A DNA stretch of 64,000 bases, from NCBI GenBank assembly GCA_963718895.1, contig CAVRAG010000008.1, forward strand, positions 608,001 to 672,000. The letters are read 5' to 3'. Positions 1 through 9,874 of the stretch are shown one piece after another; position 1 is the first letter of the stretch, and the number at the start of each line of letters is the position of its first letter. The notes under the pieces are model-generated. The model was given only the letters and a program-made list of their open reading frames with translations. It did no database searches and was not told the DNA's origin. The stretch is from an uncultured Nitrososphaerota archaeon. Its GTDB lineage: Archaea; Thermoproteota; Nitrososphaeria; Nitrososphaerales; Gagatemarchaeaceae. A program made the translations under genes and the position numbers.

Positions 1-419
1 TCGACCCTTAGCTGCCCGACCGAGTAGTCAATCTCCAGCTTCATGAACTGCAAGACGCTCCGACCAAGAACTACGTCGAAACCTGTCACCGCAGGCAGGT
101 CAAGGGCAAGGAAATCTACTTTCGTGAAGGACAGGTTCCCGAGCTCAACACGAGCCATCTCGATCAGTGCCGCCCTTCCGTATCCACCATAGCTTGTAAA
201 CGTTAGCGTGTTGTTGGCTGGCGTAACCGGGTCGTCGTTTGCTGCTTCTGGGTATCCGAGCGCGTAGGCGTCGACCTTGGGTACGATGCAATACTCCACG
301 CCGGGATCAAGCAGCGCATTGAACTCCCTGGTGCCACCGCTTCTCCCGGTCAGCCGCACGAACACCGTAGGGAATTTGCCGTACGCGTGCTCGCTGATGG
401 GAGCTGAGGACTGAACTAG
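1..419 (-). CDS. Retropepsin-like (clan AA aspartic protease fold) protein, runs off window; start uncertain
   Basis: Manual translation (not in ORF track): ..EHAYGKFPTVFVRLTGRSGGTREFNALLDPGVEYCIVP..FDVVLGRSVL..; close paralog of 11814..12263; DPG instead of D[TS]G. Confidence 0.75.
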
Positions 420-673
420 AGGAGGAGCGGATATGGGGGCTCACCCGCAAAGAAGATGCAGATGTCCTTGTATTTCTTCAGTTTCATTCTCAGCAAGTAG
501 CGGTCCATGTCGTCCGCGACCACCTTCCCCTTCGTCGGCTGGAGGTTCTTGTCACGTCCGGTGACACTGATAGCGACCCACCTACCCTTGTATCGTTTGA
601 AGATTTCAGGTAGGGCAAGTTCCTCCGGCTCGCCTTGCCCTCCTGATGCTTGGACGTCCGTGCTCGAACTCAT
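416..673 (-). CDS. Small DUF5678-like protein
   Basis: KRYKGRWVAI..GKVVA motif; paralog at 12260..12523; stop overlaps the retropepsin-like frame. Confidence 0.65.
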   Translation of the reverse strand: MSSSTDVQASGGQGEPEELALPEIFKRYKGRWVAISVTGRDKNLQPTKGKVVADDMDRYLLRMKLKKYKDICIFFAGEPPYPLLL

Positions 674-715
674 AGGAAGCAACGTCCCTATGAGTCCGAA
701 CTATTTCAACTTGTG

Positions 716-1795
716 CTAGAAGGTGATTGGGTTTGTGCTGGTGGCTGGCTGTACCCCGGGGGTCGCGCCTGGGAGGCTGCGGAGCGCATTCGTCACCGCC
801 CCAGCCAGGATGTACGTCCGGAACCCGTTCCCCTGACCCAGGCCGTTCGCTCCGAGACTTTCGTGTGTCAGAGGCGTCGCTCCTTCGATGGCCTTAGCAG
901 CCGCGTTTGCAATCGTCCCCTCGTTCAGAGTCTGGCCGTTGATGGCACCCTCTGCGGCGCTCGATCTGAAGGGTTTCGTGGCGACGTGTCCGAGCACTAT
1001 CTTGGCGTTGGAGGGCGTGTTCCCGTTGAAGGTAGCGACCACTGCGCAACTTGCAAGCGGGAAGTCGATAGCCGTCCTGTCAGCTATCCTGAAGTAGGCC
1101 GACTGGCTTCCAGATGGAGGCGCGGGTATGTTGATCTGGGTCACTATCTCGTTGTAGCGGAGGCTGTTCTCCTTGACACGGCCGTCCACGATACTGACTC
1201 CGGGCAGGAACTGCTCCATCGTCTTGGTGCTGGAGCCTCCTGGGCCCTGTATCGTCAGGGTGGCGCCGAGTGCCATTAGCGCAGGCGAGAGGTCCGATGC
1301 GTGAACGGCATAGCACAGGTTGCCTCCGAAGAGGCTGTGGTAGTAGCGGTTGTCCCCGACTATGGCGTAGCAGACGTTGCCGCCGTTCCGCCAGCAGTCG
1401 TAGTTGTTTCGCAGGTACCAGCACCAGACCTCCTGGTTGATGTTCCCACCCGCGGTGGCCTGGCTGGCTATCTGGACAGTGTGTCCCGATGCTGCTGATG
1501 CGAGAGCGGGGTAGTACTGGATGACGTTGGGGTCGCTCTTGATGGTCGCGATGGGTGTAGTGGCGCCGATGGTCAGCCCACTACCCGAGCTGTAGTTGAT
1601 CCCGGATAGTCCGAGCTGGGAGATGTCGATGACCGTCTCTGGTATCAGCGCATCTATGTGGTTCTTCATCTGATAGAGAAGGTCGGTGCCGCCGGAGATG
1701 ACCCTCGCGTTGCCTCCGTTCTTGGTCAGAAGCGAGACTGCGTCGCTAACTGAGGTCGGTTGCAGATACCCGAATTTGCTTAGTTCGTATCTCAT
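716..1795 (-). CDS. Xanthine dehydrogenase family FAD-binding subunit (PaoB/YagS-like, extra 4Fe-4S motif)
   Basis: SGGTDL, ATAGGN, and four-Cys insert CWYLR..CWRNGGNVCYA..CYAVH. Confidence 0.92.
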   Translation of the reverse strand: MRYELSKFGYLQPTSVSDAVSLLTKNGGNARVISGGTDLLYQMKNHIDALIPETVIDISQLGLSGINYSSGSGLTIGATTPIATIKSDPNVIQYYPALASAASGHTVQIASQATAGGNINQEVWCWYLRNNYDCWRNGGNVCYAIVGDNRYYHSLFGGNLCYAVHASDLSPALMALGATLTIQGPGGSSTKTMEQFLPGVSIVDGRVKENSLRYNEIVTQINIPAPPSGSQSAYFRIADRTAIDFPLASCAVVATFNGNTPSNAKIVLGHVATKPFRSSAAEGAINGQTLNEGTIANAAAKAIEGATPLTHESLGANGLGQGNGFRTYILAGAVTNALRSLPGATPGVQPATSTNPITF

Positions 1796-1812
1796 TTCTA
1801 TTCACCATCCAC

Positions 1813-4278
1813 CTATAGCTTCCCGTTCTGCTTCATCCATTGCAGAGCCAGGACGACGTCCTCCTTTCTGACTGGGGTTTTGATGAACCTGTACCCACCC
1901 ATGGCGTTGCTCAGCGCGTTCAGGATAGTCGGGATGACGCTCATGAGCGTGTTCTCGCCGATTCCCACTGCGCCGAACGGGCCGTAGGCGTCGTTGTACT
2001 CTGACCACAGTGACAGAGCACGGTTGGGAGCCTGGTAGATGGTCGAAATCTTGCTGTCGAGATAGTTGGGGCTCAGAGTGCCTCCCGAGTACTTCAGGCC
2101 GGTCGAGGAGTCGTTCAAGGTTGTTTCGAAGAGCGTCTCACTGACTCCCAGCCCGAGGAATCCACCCTGGTTCTGGCCGTTCGCACCCATCGCGAAGATG
2201 ACACGTCCGAGGCCAAGCGCTCCGACGTAGTCTACGACTCGGACATCGGCCGTCTCGGTGTCGACTTCGACTTCGCAGATCTTCGTCCCGCCGACACGAT
2301 ACGCGGTCCTCGGTGGAGGAGTGTACGTGCCGACGCCCGTGAGACCCGCGGCCGGCAAGAGCGCGCATGCCGCCTTGAAGGTCATCTGGTTCGTGGGGTT
2401 GGTGGTATCGAAGATGATTCCCGAAGGCTGGCCTGATAGGCCACCGCCGAACGCAAGGTTGGTCGCTTTGGTCCCTGCGGCTAGCTTTGCGGCGATCAGC
2501 GGGAACCACTGGGTCCCTAGGTTCGCCGCGGCTGCCACAAGTCCCATACCTCCGTTGCGAGTCATCCTGCTTCCAGCCGTGACTCCGGTGTCCGTTGTGA
2601 GGGTGGTGTCTGACATGACTGCTGTCAGGTTGGTCATGTCCGGTTGGCCCAGGAGCTCGGCCGCGATGATCGGCAGGGCTGTGACTCCTCCACCTCCGTG
2701 GTCCATCCCTCCGGAGTACATGGTGATCGCACCCGAGGGCACGACCTTGATCTGGCCGGTGTCAGGCGCCGAGAGCGCTCCCTTAGCCCCGGACGTCAGA
2801 GCGATTCCGACTCCTCTGAGCTTCTTCCCGGTCCCGGTCGTCTCGCCGGAGTTCGTCAACGAGTTGCTCGGGGTGCCCCAGCCCTTCCACCTGCCGCTCC
2901 AGTTGAAGGCCCTCGTGGCCTTGAAGTGGCAGTCTGGCTGTCCGTATCCGCTGTACGGGTATCCGGTGGTGTGGTCGAACGCGGTGTTGGAGAAGACCTG
3001 TCCCGTCACCGAGTCGGTGAACGCCGCGGTCCTCATGTTCTGCAGTCTGAATGCAGCCGGGTCCATGTTCATCTTCTCGGCGAGCATGTCCACAACAGTC
3101 TCAACGTACCAGTGGTTCTGGCTCTCGCCGACATCTCGCATCGGGCCCGCGAGGGCGTAGGCGTTGCTGTTCGCCGAGTAGCTGACGAGGTTCATGTTGT
3201 CGACTTTGTAGATGGCGTAGAAGGCGCCCAGGTCGGAGTTGGCACCGCCGTTCGCGCCGACATTCGCATAGATGACTGCCTTGAACGCTGTGATGTTCCC
3301 AGAACTGTCGCATGCGGCCGTGATGTAGCCGCGCTCCGGATACCGGCTGGTCGTGGCGAGCGTATTGGTGTAGCGGGTGTTAAGGAACTTCACGACGCCT
3401 CCCGACTTCTTAGACATCGCGGTCGCTATGATGTACTCCTCGCCTGACGACTTGTTCCCGAGTCCGTTGCCAATCGAAGCGTTCTCATTGCCGCCTAGAG
3501 AGGTCCTCACCTGCACGTTCGCCGATGGGATGCCAAAGTAGTTCGCGACCGTAGATACAATCGAGTGCGCATACTGGGTGTTGCCCCAGATCTTGGCGGT
3601 TCCCTGTGATGTCGAAGCCCACTGCGCGATGAGTCCGCGAGGCTCCATGTCCATGTGCTGGATGTACTGCGTGTCTAGCCTTATGGTGACGACCTGGGCG
3701 GCAGCCGCTATCGCTGCGTCCGCGTTACCGAATGCGACCTGCGCCGATGATGGCTGAGCCACACCCTCCGTTATCGAGCCGCCGGGCGAGTTGCCGCCTG
3801 GCCAGATGGCCGGCGCGTTCGCCGCCAGCGCACCTTCGACGTCGAAGACGTACGGCAGAGGCTCGTACTCCACCTTGACCATGTTGATGTAGTCGTTGAG
3901 GAGGTGGGGCGTAGTGGCTCCGACCGCGACGACCGGGCACCCTGCGTACCTAGCCTGGGTCGTGGGAAGTGGCCCGCGGACCCTGTTGCCTGAGGTCGAG
4001 TAGTAGGTGTATTCGGGTAGGAAGTCCGTATCAAACCCTGTCAGAGTTATGGCCCCGGCCGCTTCGGCCTCGCTGACGTCTACACTCTTGATCAGGGCGT
4101 TGGGGTATGGACAGGTGACGTAGCCCATGTAGATAAAGCCAGTCGTAGCAGAGACGCCGACGTCGGTGGGCATGATGTCGCTCGTGAACTTCTTGGCGCC
4201 CGTGACCTTGGCGTACTGGTCGCGCCTGACGACCTTGGGGTTGCCGACGATTGCGAACGACGTAGGTGTGGTGCTCAT
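1813..4278 (-). CDS. Xanthine dehydrogenase family molybdopterin-binding large subunit
   Basis: AKVTG, MEPR, AGSR, EVEVDTET, PFGAVGIGE (catalytic Glu); alternative GTG start 4290. Confidence 0.93.
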   Translation of the reverse strand: MSTTPTSFAIVGNPKVVRRDQYAKVTGAKKFTSDIMPTDVGVSATTGFIYMGYVTCPYPNALIKSVDVSEAEAAGAITLTGFDTDFLPEYTYYSTSGNRVRGPLPTTQARYAGCPVVAVGATTPHLLNDYINMVKVEYEPLPYVFDVEGALAANAPAIWPGGNSPGGSITEGVAQPSSAQVAFGNADAAIAAAAQVVTIRLDTQYIQHMDMEPRGLIAQWASTSQGTAKIWGNTQYAHSIVSTVANYFGIPSANVQVRTSLGGNENASIGNGLGNKSSGEEYIIATAMSKKSGGVVKFLNTRYTNTLATTSRYPERGYITAACDSSGNITAFKAVIYANVGANGGANSDLGAFYAIYKVDNMNLVSYSANSNAYALAGPMRDVGESQNHWYVETVVDMLAEKMNMDPAAFRLQNMRTAAFTDSVTGQVFSNTAFDHTTGYPYSGYGQPDCHFKATRAFNWSGRWKGWGTPSNSLTNSGETTGTGKKLRGVGIALTSGAKGALSAPDTGQIKVVPSGAITMYSGGMDHGGGGVTALPIIAAELLGQPDMTNLTAVMSDTTLTTDTGVTAGSRMTRNGGMGLVAAAANLGTQWFPLIAAKLAAGTKATNLAFGGGLSGQPSGIIFDTTNPTNQMTFKAACALLPAAGLTGVGTYTPPPRTAYRVGGTKICEVEVDTETADVRVVDYVGALGLGRVIFAMGANGQNQGGFLGLGVSETLFETTLNDSSTGLKYSGGTLSPNYLDSKISTIYQAPNRALSLWSEYNDAYGPFGAVGIGENTLMSVIPTILNALSNAMGGYRFIKTPVRKEDVVLALQWMKQNGKL

Positions 4279-4282
4279 CGCT

Positions 4283-5071
4283 CTAGGCACCTCCTGAGGT
4301 CGCAGCCAGATTCGTCGCAGCTAGTTGTATTGCCGCTATTATTTGCATGTAGTTCCCACATCGGCACAGGTTCCCGCTGACCCCAGCTTTGATATCATTG
4401 ACACTTGGGTTCGGGTTAGACTTTAGGAGGGCCGCTGCCGCCATGATGAAGCCGGGCCCACAGTAGGCACACTGGCCGCCGTCCTCCGTCACCCACGCCT
4501 GCTGCAGCGCGTTCACCACCGGATCGCCCTTGGCGATCTCTGCAGTCATTATGTTGTGACCGACGGCTCGGATCGCCATGATCGTGCAGGATTCATGTGG
4601 TGCTCCATCTATGAGGACTGTGCACGCGCCGCATTCCATCCTGTTGCATGGTCTCTTGGTCGCGATCAGGCCCATAGTGTCCCTCAGAACGTCAACGAGC
4701 ATGCTTCTCGGTTCCACGGTGACGACGAAGGCCTTGTTGTTTACGTTTAGAGTGATCGTTCGCGGAGCGGTTGGATCAGTTGGTAACACCGGCGGTGGAG
4801 CTGGCAGGGTTGCGGTGTTGGTGAGAGTGTAGGTCGAGCTGGTCGAGGAGCTAGATGAAGCCTGCTCCTTTACCGGCTTGAACTGCGCACCCCTCATCGC
4901 AACCGAAGAAACGCCGACCACGGCGACCGCGGTCGCGGTACCCTTCAGCAGGGTCCTCCTGCTGACTTTGGCGTTCGCGATATCTGCCACCGCGCCGCCA
5001 ATACCCGCTTTGGGGGCTTCGACTTTCTTAACTAGAGAAGAACCTTTCTTTTGCTCCTTCTTGACTTTCAT
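4283..5071 (-). CDS. 2Fe-2S small subunit with twin-arginine (Tat) signal (PaoA-like)
   Basis: SRRTLLKG plus hydrophobic stretch; CNRMECGAC, QCAYC, NLCRC. Confidence 0.93.
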   Translation of the reverse strand: MKVKKEQKKGSSLVKKVEAPKAGIGGAVADIANAKVSRRTLLKGTATAVAVVGVSSVAMRGAQFKPVKEQASSSSSTSSTYTLTNTATLPAPPPVLPTDPTAPRTITLNVNNKAFVVTVEPRSMLVDVLRDTMGLIATKRPCNRMECGACTVLIDGAPHESCTIMAIRAVGHNIMTAEIAKGDPVVNALQQAWVTEDGGQCAYCGPGFIMAAAALLKSNPNPSVNDIKAGVSGNLCRCGNYMQIIAAIQLAATNLAATSGGA

Positions 5072-5099
5072 TTCGGTCAGGTTGTGGCCCGTGCCGAGC

Positions 5100-5129
5100 T
5101 ATATGTCACATTCCCCGAACGTATTCGGG
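5100..5129 (-). promoter_or_regulatory. TATA-like box plus palindromic operator CCCGAA-N4-TTCGGG
   Basis: Palindrome 5114-5129, about 10 bp upstream of TATA-like 5100-5104; same arrangement at 8439 and 16886. Confidence 0.7.
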
Positions 5130-5180
5130 TAACTGCTTTAATGGCGAACAGAGACGCTCAAGAACATCGCTGAGATCTGT

Positions 5181-5918
5181 TTGTCATCAGAGCCCGTCGA
5201 GGACGCAGAAGTCGTTCGGAGGAAGGTGCTGGCCGAAGGCCTAGGATTCGTCCTCAATGCGTACCTCGGGACCCGCAGCCTCCTTAGTCCGACGGGGCTC
5301 GCGGCCAACGCGCTCAACCAGTACGAGCAGCAGCTCACAAATCAGGAGAGGGAGCAGCTCGGCAAGCAAGAAACCGAGATGCGGGCGATGGTGAGTCAGA
5401 TCGAGAACCTCAAGGCGACGTTCGAGGACGGCAGGCTCGTGGTCCATCTCGACAAGGCGACGGTGCTGGGGCTTGTTGAGAGGACGCTCAGGAAATCTCT
5501 GGCGCGTGAGGAGGCGGGGATGACTGGAGTCTTCAACCTTGACCTGGGCGTCCCTGACGATAAGGATCATGAAGCCGAATTCTCGCTGCCGAACCGCAGC
5601 GTATACTTGAAGTTCGTACCTGAAGGGAGGCCGCTGGCAGAGTTCGCGAACTCGTACCTTCTGAGGGCCCAGGACATGAACCCCTCCGAGTACTGGCTGA
5701 TCACGCCGAGCTGGGATACGATCGACTTCCCTTTCGAACCGGTCTTCACCGAGAACAGGATTGCCCGAGGCAGGCTGAGAACCTTCAACCTAGCGAGCCT
5801 TCTCGTCGAGCTGGTCGGAACCGACTACGACGTCCTGGCGAGCTACGCCGCAGACGGCGGCTTCAGGTTCGTCATAAGCAAGAAGCAAGCGGCACCCTCA
5901 AACGAAGGTACGCGCTGA
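5181..5918 (+). CDS. Hypothetical protein (N-terminal coiled coil)
   Basis: 245-aa ORF, TTG start, host-like codon usage; no recognised family. Confidence 0.7.
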   Translation: MSSEPVEDAEVVRRKVLAEGLGFVLNAYLGTRSLLSPTGLAANALNQYEQQLTNQEREQLGKQETEMRAMVSQIENLKATFEDGRLVVHLDKATVLGLVERTLRKSLAREEAGMTGVFNLDLGVPDDKDHEAEFSLPNRSVYLKFVPEGRPLAEFANSYLLRAQDMNPSEYWLITPSWDTIDFPFEPVFTENRIARGRLRTFNLASLLVELVGTDYDVLASYAADGGFRFVISKKQAAPSNEGTR

Positions 5919-6103
5919 CCATCTTTCGCCCGGACGTCATATAGTGGCTCGAGTGATCCGCCCGCCTCCTTCCTCTTGTCAATCGCGCGATGAATCTGGA
6001 GATCTGAACCCCCTAGGTCTATCGTGGTCGGCATCCAAGAGGGAACCGGACAGCCGGACTAATCTTTGCAGCTGAAGAGATCAGGGAACAGCGATATCGT
6101 TCC

Positions 6104-6736
6104 CTAGCGGTATCTGAAGCTGGGGCCCACTGAAGCTGCGGCGGCGAGTCTGAGCAGGTCCTCCTGCCTGTCTACGTCGAGGAGGGAGGCTTCCGAGGTC
6201 TCTACGAGCCGAAGCTGGGACCTGTGCCTTGACACGACGCTCTTGAGCCCTCTGGTCTCCTCGTCGATGTTCTCGAGCTCTCCGAGGAGATTCCGGTCGA
6301 AGAGGATGGGGTGTCCCGAACTCCCATGATACCCCGCCGTCACAATCGGGGAATAGCATGTCGAATACTCGTCTACCACGGCGTCAATCATGTTGTGGTC
6401 GACCAGGACGACGTCGCCCGGGAGGACTATCACCGCGTCGGCATTCTTCTTCACCCTGGTCAGACCTTTCCGTACCGAGAAGCTCTGTCCCTTCAGAAAG
6501 TCTTCGTTGAACACAAATTCGCACTTGTAGTCCTTGAGATTGCGCCTTATCTTCTCGGAGTCGTGTCCGAGCACAACGATGACCTGCTTGGCCTTCGACT
6601 TGAGGCTCTCTGAGACGACGCGCCCTACCATCGTGTTTGATCCGATCGGCTCGAGAAGCTTGTTGCGCCCGAAACGTGTGGACAATCCGGCCGCGAGAAC
6701 AATGATCGAGACAAAGTCAGTTGTTTTTTCTGTCAA
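6104..6736 (-). CDS. mocA: Molybdenum cofactor cytidylyltransferase (MocA-like)
   Basis: LAAGLSTRFGRNKLL, PGD, GHPILF, DVD motifs; XDH-family context. Confidence 0.85.
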   Translation of the reverse strand: MTEKTTDFVSIIVLAAGLSTRFGRNKLLEPIGSNTMVGRVVSESLKSKAKQVIVVLGHDSEKIRRNLKDYKCEFVFNEDFLKGQSFSVRKGLTRVKKNADAVIVLPGDVVLVDHNMIDAVVDEYSTCYSPIVTAGYHGSSGHPILFDRNLLGELENIDEETRGLKSVVSRHRSQLRLVETSEASLLDVDRQEDLLRLAAAASVGPSFRYR

Positions 6737-6932
6737 CTAGGCATGACTTCACTCCCCAGAGGGGACGGTAGCTGCCTGGGCTCACGCGCGGCTGACGGAA
6801 CCTATTCTCGGTGCCGATGGATTCGGACAGGACTCGTAGGAGGTCGCTCGAAACGAGATAGAGTCGTCCTTGGCTCAAGACGCACCGCACCTTACGACGG
6901 TGTTGTGCGACTTGGCCAAGCGCGTCCTCTCC

Positions 6933-7397
6933 TTAGACGTATCTCTTGCCGACGTACCCCATCGCGAGGCCCCACAGTCCGAAGAAGACTGCGAGGGGGA
7001 TGAGGACCTCCAGTGTCACGGTGAAGGACATCGTCTGAAGGGTCCCGGTGAGCTGGGGCGCCGTCCAGAATGCCAGATAGACGAGGAAAAGGAACCAAGC
7101 CACCAGGCCGACCGCCAATCCCTGGAATACCGTGTGTTCCTTGAAGGCGAAGGCGAAGATGAGCCCGGCGACTATGCTCAATACGACGAACCAGAGCACG
7201 CCCATCTCGGACACATAGCCCGACATGCCCTGCGCACCGAAGATCGATCCTAACCACGTGTACCACTGAATCTGCCACGTATACCCTAGTGCCGTGCCGA
7301 TGGACGTCACAACGATTATGGCAATCGTCGCCACCACCGTTGCCAGTACGCCCGCCATTATGCCCATTTCGGCCCTTGTCTTTGACGTCATGGTCAT
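6933..7397 (-). CDS. Four-TM membrane protein coupled to cytochrome b gene
   Basis: Hydrophobic helices; ATGA overlap with 7394..8383. Confidence 0.75.
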   Translation of the reverse strand: MTMTSKTRAEMGIMAGVLATVVATIAIIVVTSIGTALGYTWQIQWYTWLGSIFGAQGMSGYVSEMGVLWFVVLSIVAGLIFAFAFKEHTVFQGLAVGLVAWFLFLVYLAFWTAPQLTGTLQTMSFTVTLEVLIPLAVFFGLWGLAMGYVGKRYV

Positions 7398-8383
7398 CTC
7401 ACTTCCAACTCCTCTGAGTCATCTTTAACCCCGCCTGGAGGGCCGGCCTTGACTTCGTTGCCTGTGCCCGCCGCGGCCATCGCAGGGGCAGGCCCGCTCG
7501 ACTGAGGAGCGGGTGCTGCGGCAGCCGCCTTCTTCTTCGGCGTCCACCTGCTGCTGTCAAAGTCGTGGTTGTATGCGTCTCCCGATATGGTCCCGGTCAT
7601 GATGCTCCTGAGCACGGGCCAGTTGATCGGGAGGATTGCGAAGTAGATGTGTCCTGCCACGAGCCCGATGAGCAGGAACGCGAAGACGTCGTGCCAGAGC
7701 CTAAGCGCGCTTTCAAAGCTCGGGGAGATGGTTGGCATGATACTGTAAGGGCTCCAGAGATACAGTCCCGAGATTCCCAACACCACGAGGCAGAGAACGA
7801 GACCCCAGTGGAAGAGCTTCATGAAAGCGTCGTACTTACCGTGCCTGGGCTGTACGGAGGGGCCCAGACCGAGGAAGCCCTGCACTCGAACCATCGTGTC
7901 CTTGATGTCGTGCCCCCTGGGAATGATGGTCTTGCCGGTCCTCGAGACTGCCAGGTCCCAAACGATGTGTATGGCGATCAGGCCGAGCAGCAGCCAAAGC
8001 ATGTCCGTGTGCCACGCCAGGTCAGCGGCAGTCTGAGCTGCGGCTGTCCCTGCGACACCGAAGGCGCTCAGAAGGAAATTGAACGAACCGGGCAGATAGA
8101 TAGCGACTCCGCTAACCATGACGAGCCCGAGCGTGATGAACAGTGACCAATGGAAGAGCCTCTCAACAAGATCGAAGGCCTTCACCGTGTTTCCGGGAAC
8201 CTCCATGGGTGTCCCGCCGATCCTCTTCGGCTGCCTGTATGCCCTTCTCACGAAGTGCACAGCGAACACCGCTGCAAAGAGAAGGACAAGTGCGGCAGCA
8301 TATTCCACTTGAAGCCGACCCGCCGATTGCGATTGCGTGTCGGTATCAAGACCAACGGACTGAAGAATACCTAGCAGATTCAA
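7394..8383 (-). CDS. Di-heme cytochrome b (formate dehydrogenase gamma / NiFe-hydrogenase cyt b family)
   Basis: ERLFHW, GKYDAFMKLFHW, LRLWH..GHIY, SIMTG. Confidence 0.85.
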   Translation of the reverse strand: MNLLGILQSVGLDTDTQSQSAGRLQVEYAAALVLLFAAVFAVHFVRRAYRQPKRIGGTPMEVPGNTVKAFDLVERLFHWSLFITLGLVMVSGVAIYLPGSFNFLLSAFGVAGTAAAQTAADLAWHTDMLWLLLGLIAIHIVWDLAVSRTGKTIIPRGHDIKDTMVRVQGFLGLGPSVQPRHGKYDAFMKLFHWGLVLCLVVLGISGLYLWSPYSIMPTISPSFESALRLWHDVFAFLLIGLVAGHIYFAILPINWPVLRSIMTGTISGDAYNHDFDSSRWTPKKKAAAAAPAPQSSGPAPAMAAAGTGNEVKAGPPGGVKDDSEELEVR

Positions 8384-8424
8384 TCTGAGATTTCGCTCTC
8401 CGGAATCGTTAGTTCAGATTGCTG

Positions 8425-8456
8425 TATATCTCTAATTACCCTAACAGGTTCGGGTA
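8425..8456 (-). promoter_or_regulatory. TATA-like box plus operator copy
   Basis: TACCCTAA-CAGG-TTCGGGTA at 8437-8456 (one arm mismatch), about 10 bp upstream of TATA-like 8425-8429. Confidence 0.6.
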
Positions 8457-8753
8457 CCATGCTGAGTCAAACTCGGTTGTCAGAATTCGAGGGGCGCTGC
8501 GCGTCCCGGCGAAACTCAGACAATCGTGGCTTTGCGATGAATAGTCCCTATCGAGGAGGACTGTCCGAGACGTACGATGTTCGCAGTTCGCAGCGGCACG
8601 GCGGAACGAGTCTGCCAACGCTTTCCTCCCGTGGATGATCTTTCGTCGCGGGACCCTCAATTCATCTTTTGGGTCTATGACCGCCGGCCCCCGGTATAGG
8701 CAACGCAAGAACAGTGAGGACAGAGGATTCGGGGTACGGGGACGATGCGGATT

Positions 8754-9371
8754 TCAGGAGCGCTTCGAGAGGCCTAGGCGATCCCGGAGCCGACCTGCTT
8801 GCTTGCTGAGGCGAAGCAATGATGCTTCCGACGTCTTGACCAGATGGCTCTTCGACCTGTATCGGGCGAGGAGGCTCTTGAATCCGAGAATCTCGTCGTT
8901 CATGTTCTTAAGCTCCCCAAGAAGGTTCCTGTCAAAGAGGATAGGGTGCAGGGAGCTGCCGTGGTGACCGGTAGTCACGATTGGGGCGTAGCAGGTCGAG
9001 TACTCGCGAATCAACCTGTTTATCGTCGTGCGGTCCACCAGCGCGATGTCGCCGGGTACGACCATGACGGCGTCGGCCTCCTCTCTCACCGCAGAAAGAC
9101 CTTTCTTGATCGAGTAGCTCTGCCCCCTTGCGAAGTCCTCGTCGAGGACGATGTCGCAGGGATAGTCCCCGAGTGCGCTCCTCACCTTCTCTGCCTCGTA
9201 CCCGACCACTACTATGACCTGCTTGGCCTTCGAGGTCATGCATTCGGAGACGACGTAGTCTATCATCGGTCTCTCCGCGATAGGCTCGAGAAGCCTGTTC
9301 CGTCCTGACCTCATGGAGGAGCCGGAGGCGAGCACGATTATCGAGATGTAGTCCGGGTTCCTTTGTCTCAT
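8754..9371 (-). CDS. Second MocA-like nucleotidyltransferase, degenerate
   Basis: Clear paralog of 6104..6736, but LASGSSMRSGRNRLL and no C-terminal DVD motif. Confidence 0.75.
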   Translation of the reverse strand: MRQRNPDYISIIVLASGSSMRSGRNRLLEPIAERPMIDYVVSECMTSKAKQVIVVVGYEAEKVRSALGDYPCDIVLDEDFARGQSYSIKKGLSAVREEADAVMVVPGDIALVDRTTINRLIREYSTCYAPIVTTGHHGSSLHPILFDRNLLGELKNMNDEILGFKSLLARYRSKSHLVKTSEASLLRLSKQAGRLRDRLGLSKRS

Positions 9372-9874
9372 TTCTCTCGGTTCTTCTAACTTCTCAGGTG
9401 GCGCGTGAGACGCCCCTCGTATATCTCTATTGTTTCTTCCCGTACCGTTAGACTTGACGAAGCCGCACACCCCGACAGATTGCCATCGCATCAAGGTATC
9501 TGCCTGAGTCTTCCATCCTGGGAGAGAGGACCTGACAGCTAACTCTCTTCTGTTGGGCTCGCCAGACTTCGCCCTAATCCCGCGATGCGGTCCGATAGGA
9601 CGTCCCTTCCTTGGTTCTAGTTTGCCTCTTCTTTGGCCGAATCTCCCCTCGGGCGCGATTTCATTCGCAGCTCGAGTGGAGCCACCTCAAGCGGGAATCG
9701 GCCTAGTAGTTCGATCTCAGAACCGATCAATCTGGTCCCTCTTCCACCAGGCTCTAAACCGGTTTCGACCCGGGCAATCTCGCGCACCTGGCTCTGGTCT
9801 CAATAAGCGATCTCGGGTCCCCATCGTTTCCGGATGCTGAGAGTTATGAAAGGCAAGACTATGTCTGAGTCGGT

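Noticed and set aside
650-3447. Long plus-strand ORFs (650..1279, 2258..3160, 2644..3447) and similar ones across the window
   Set aside because: Antisense shadows of well-supported high-GC genes; no motifs
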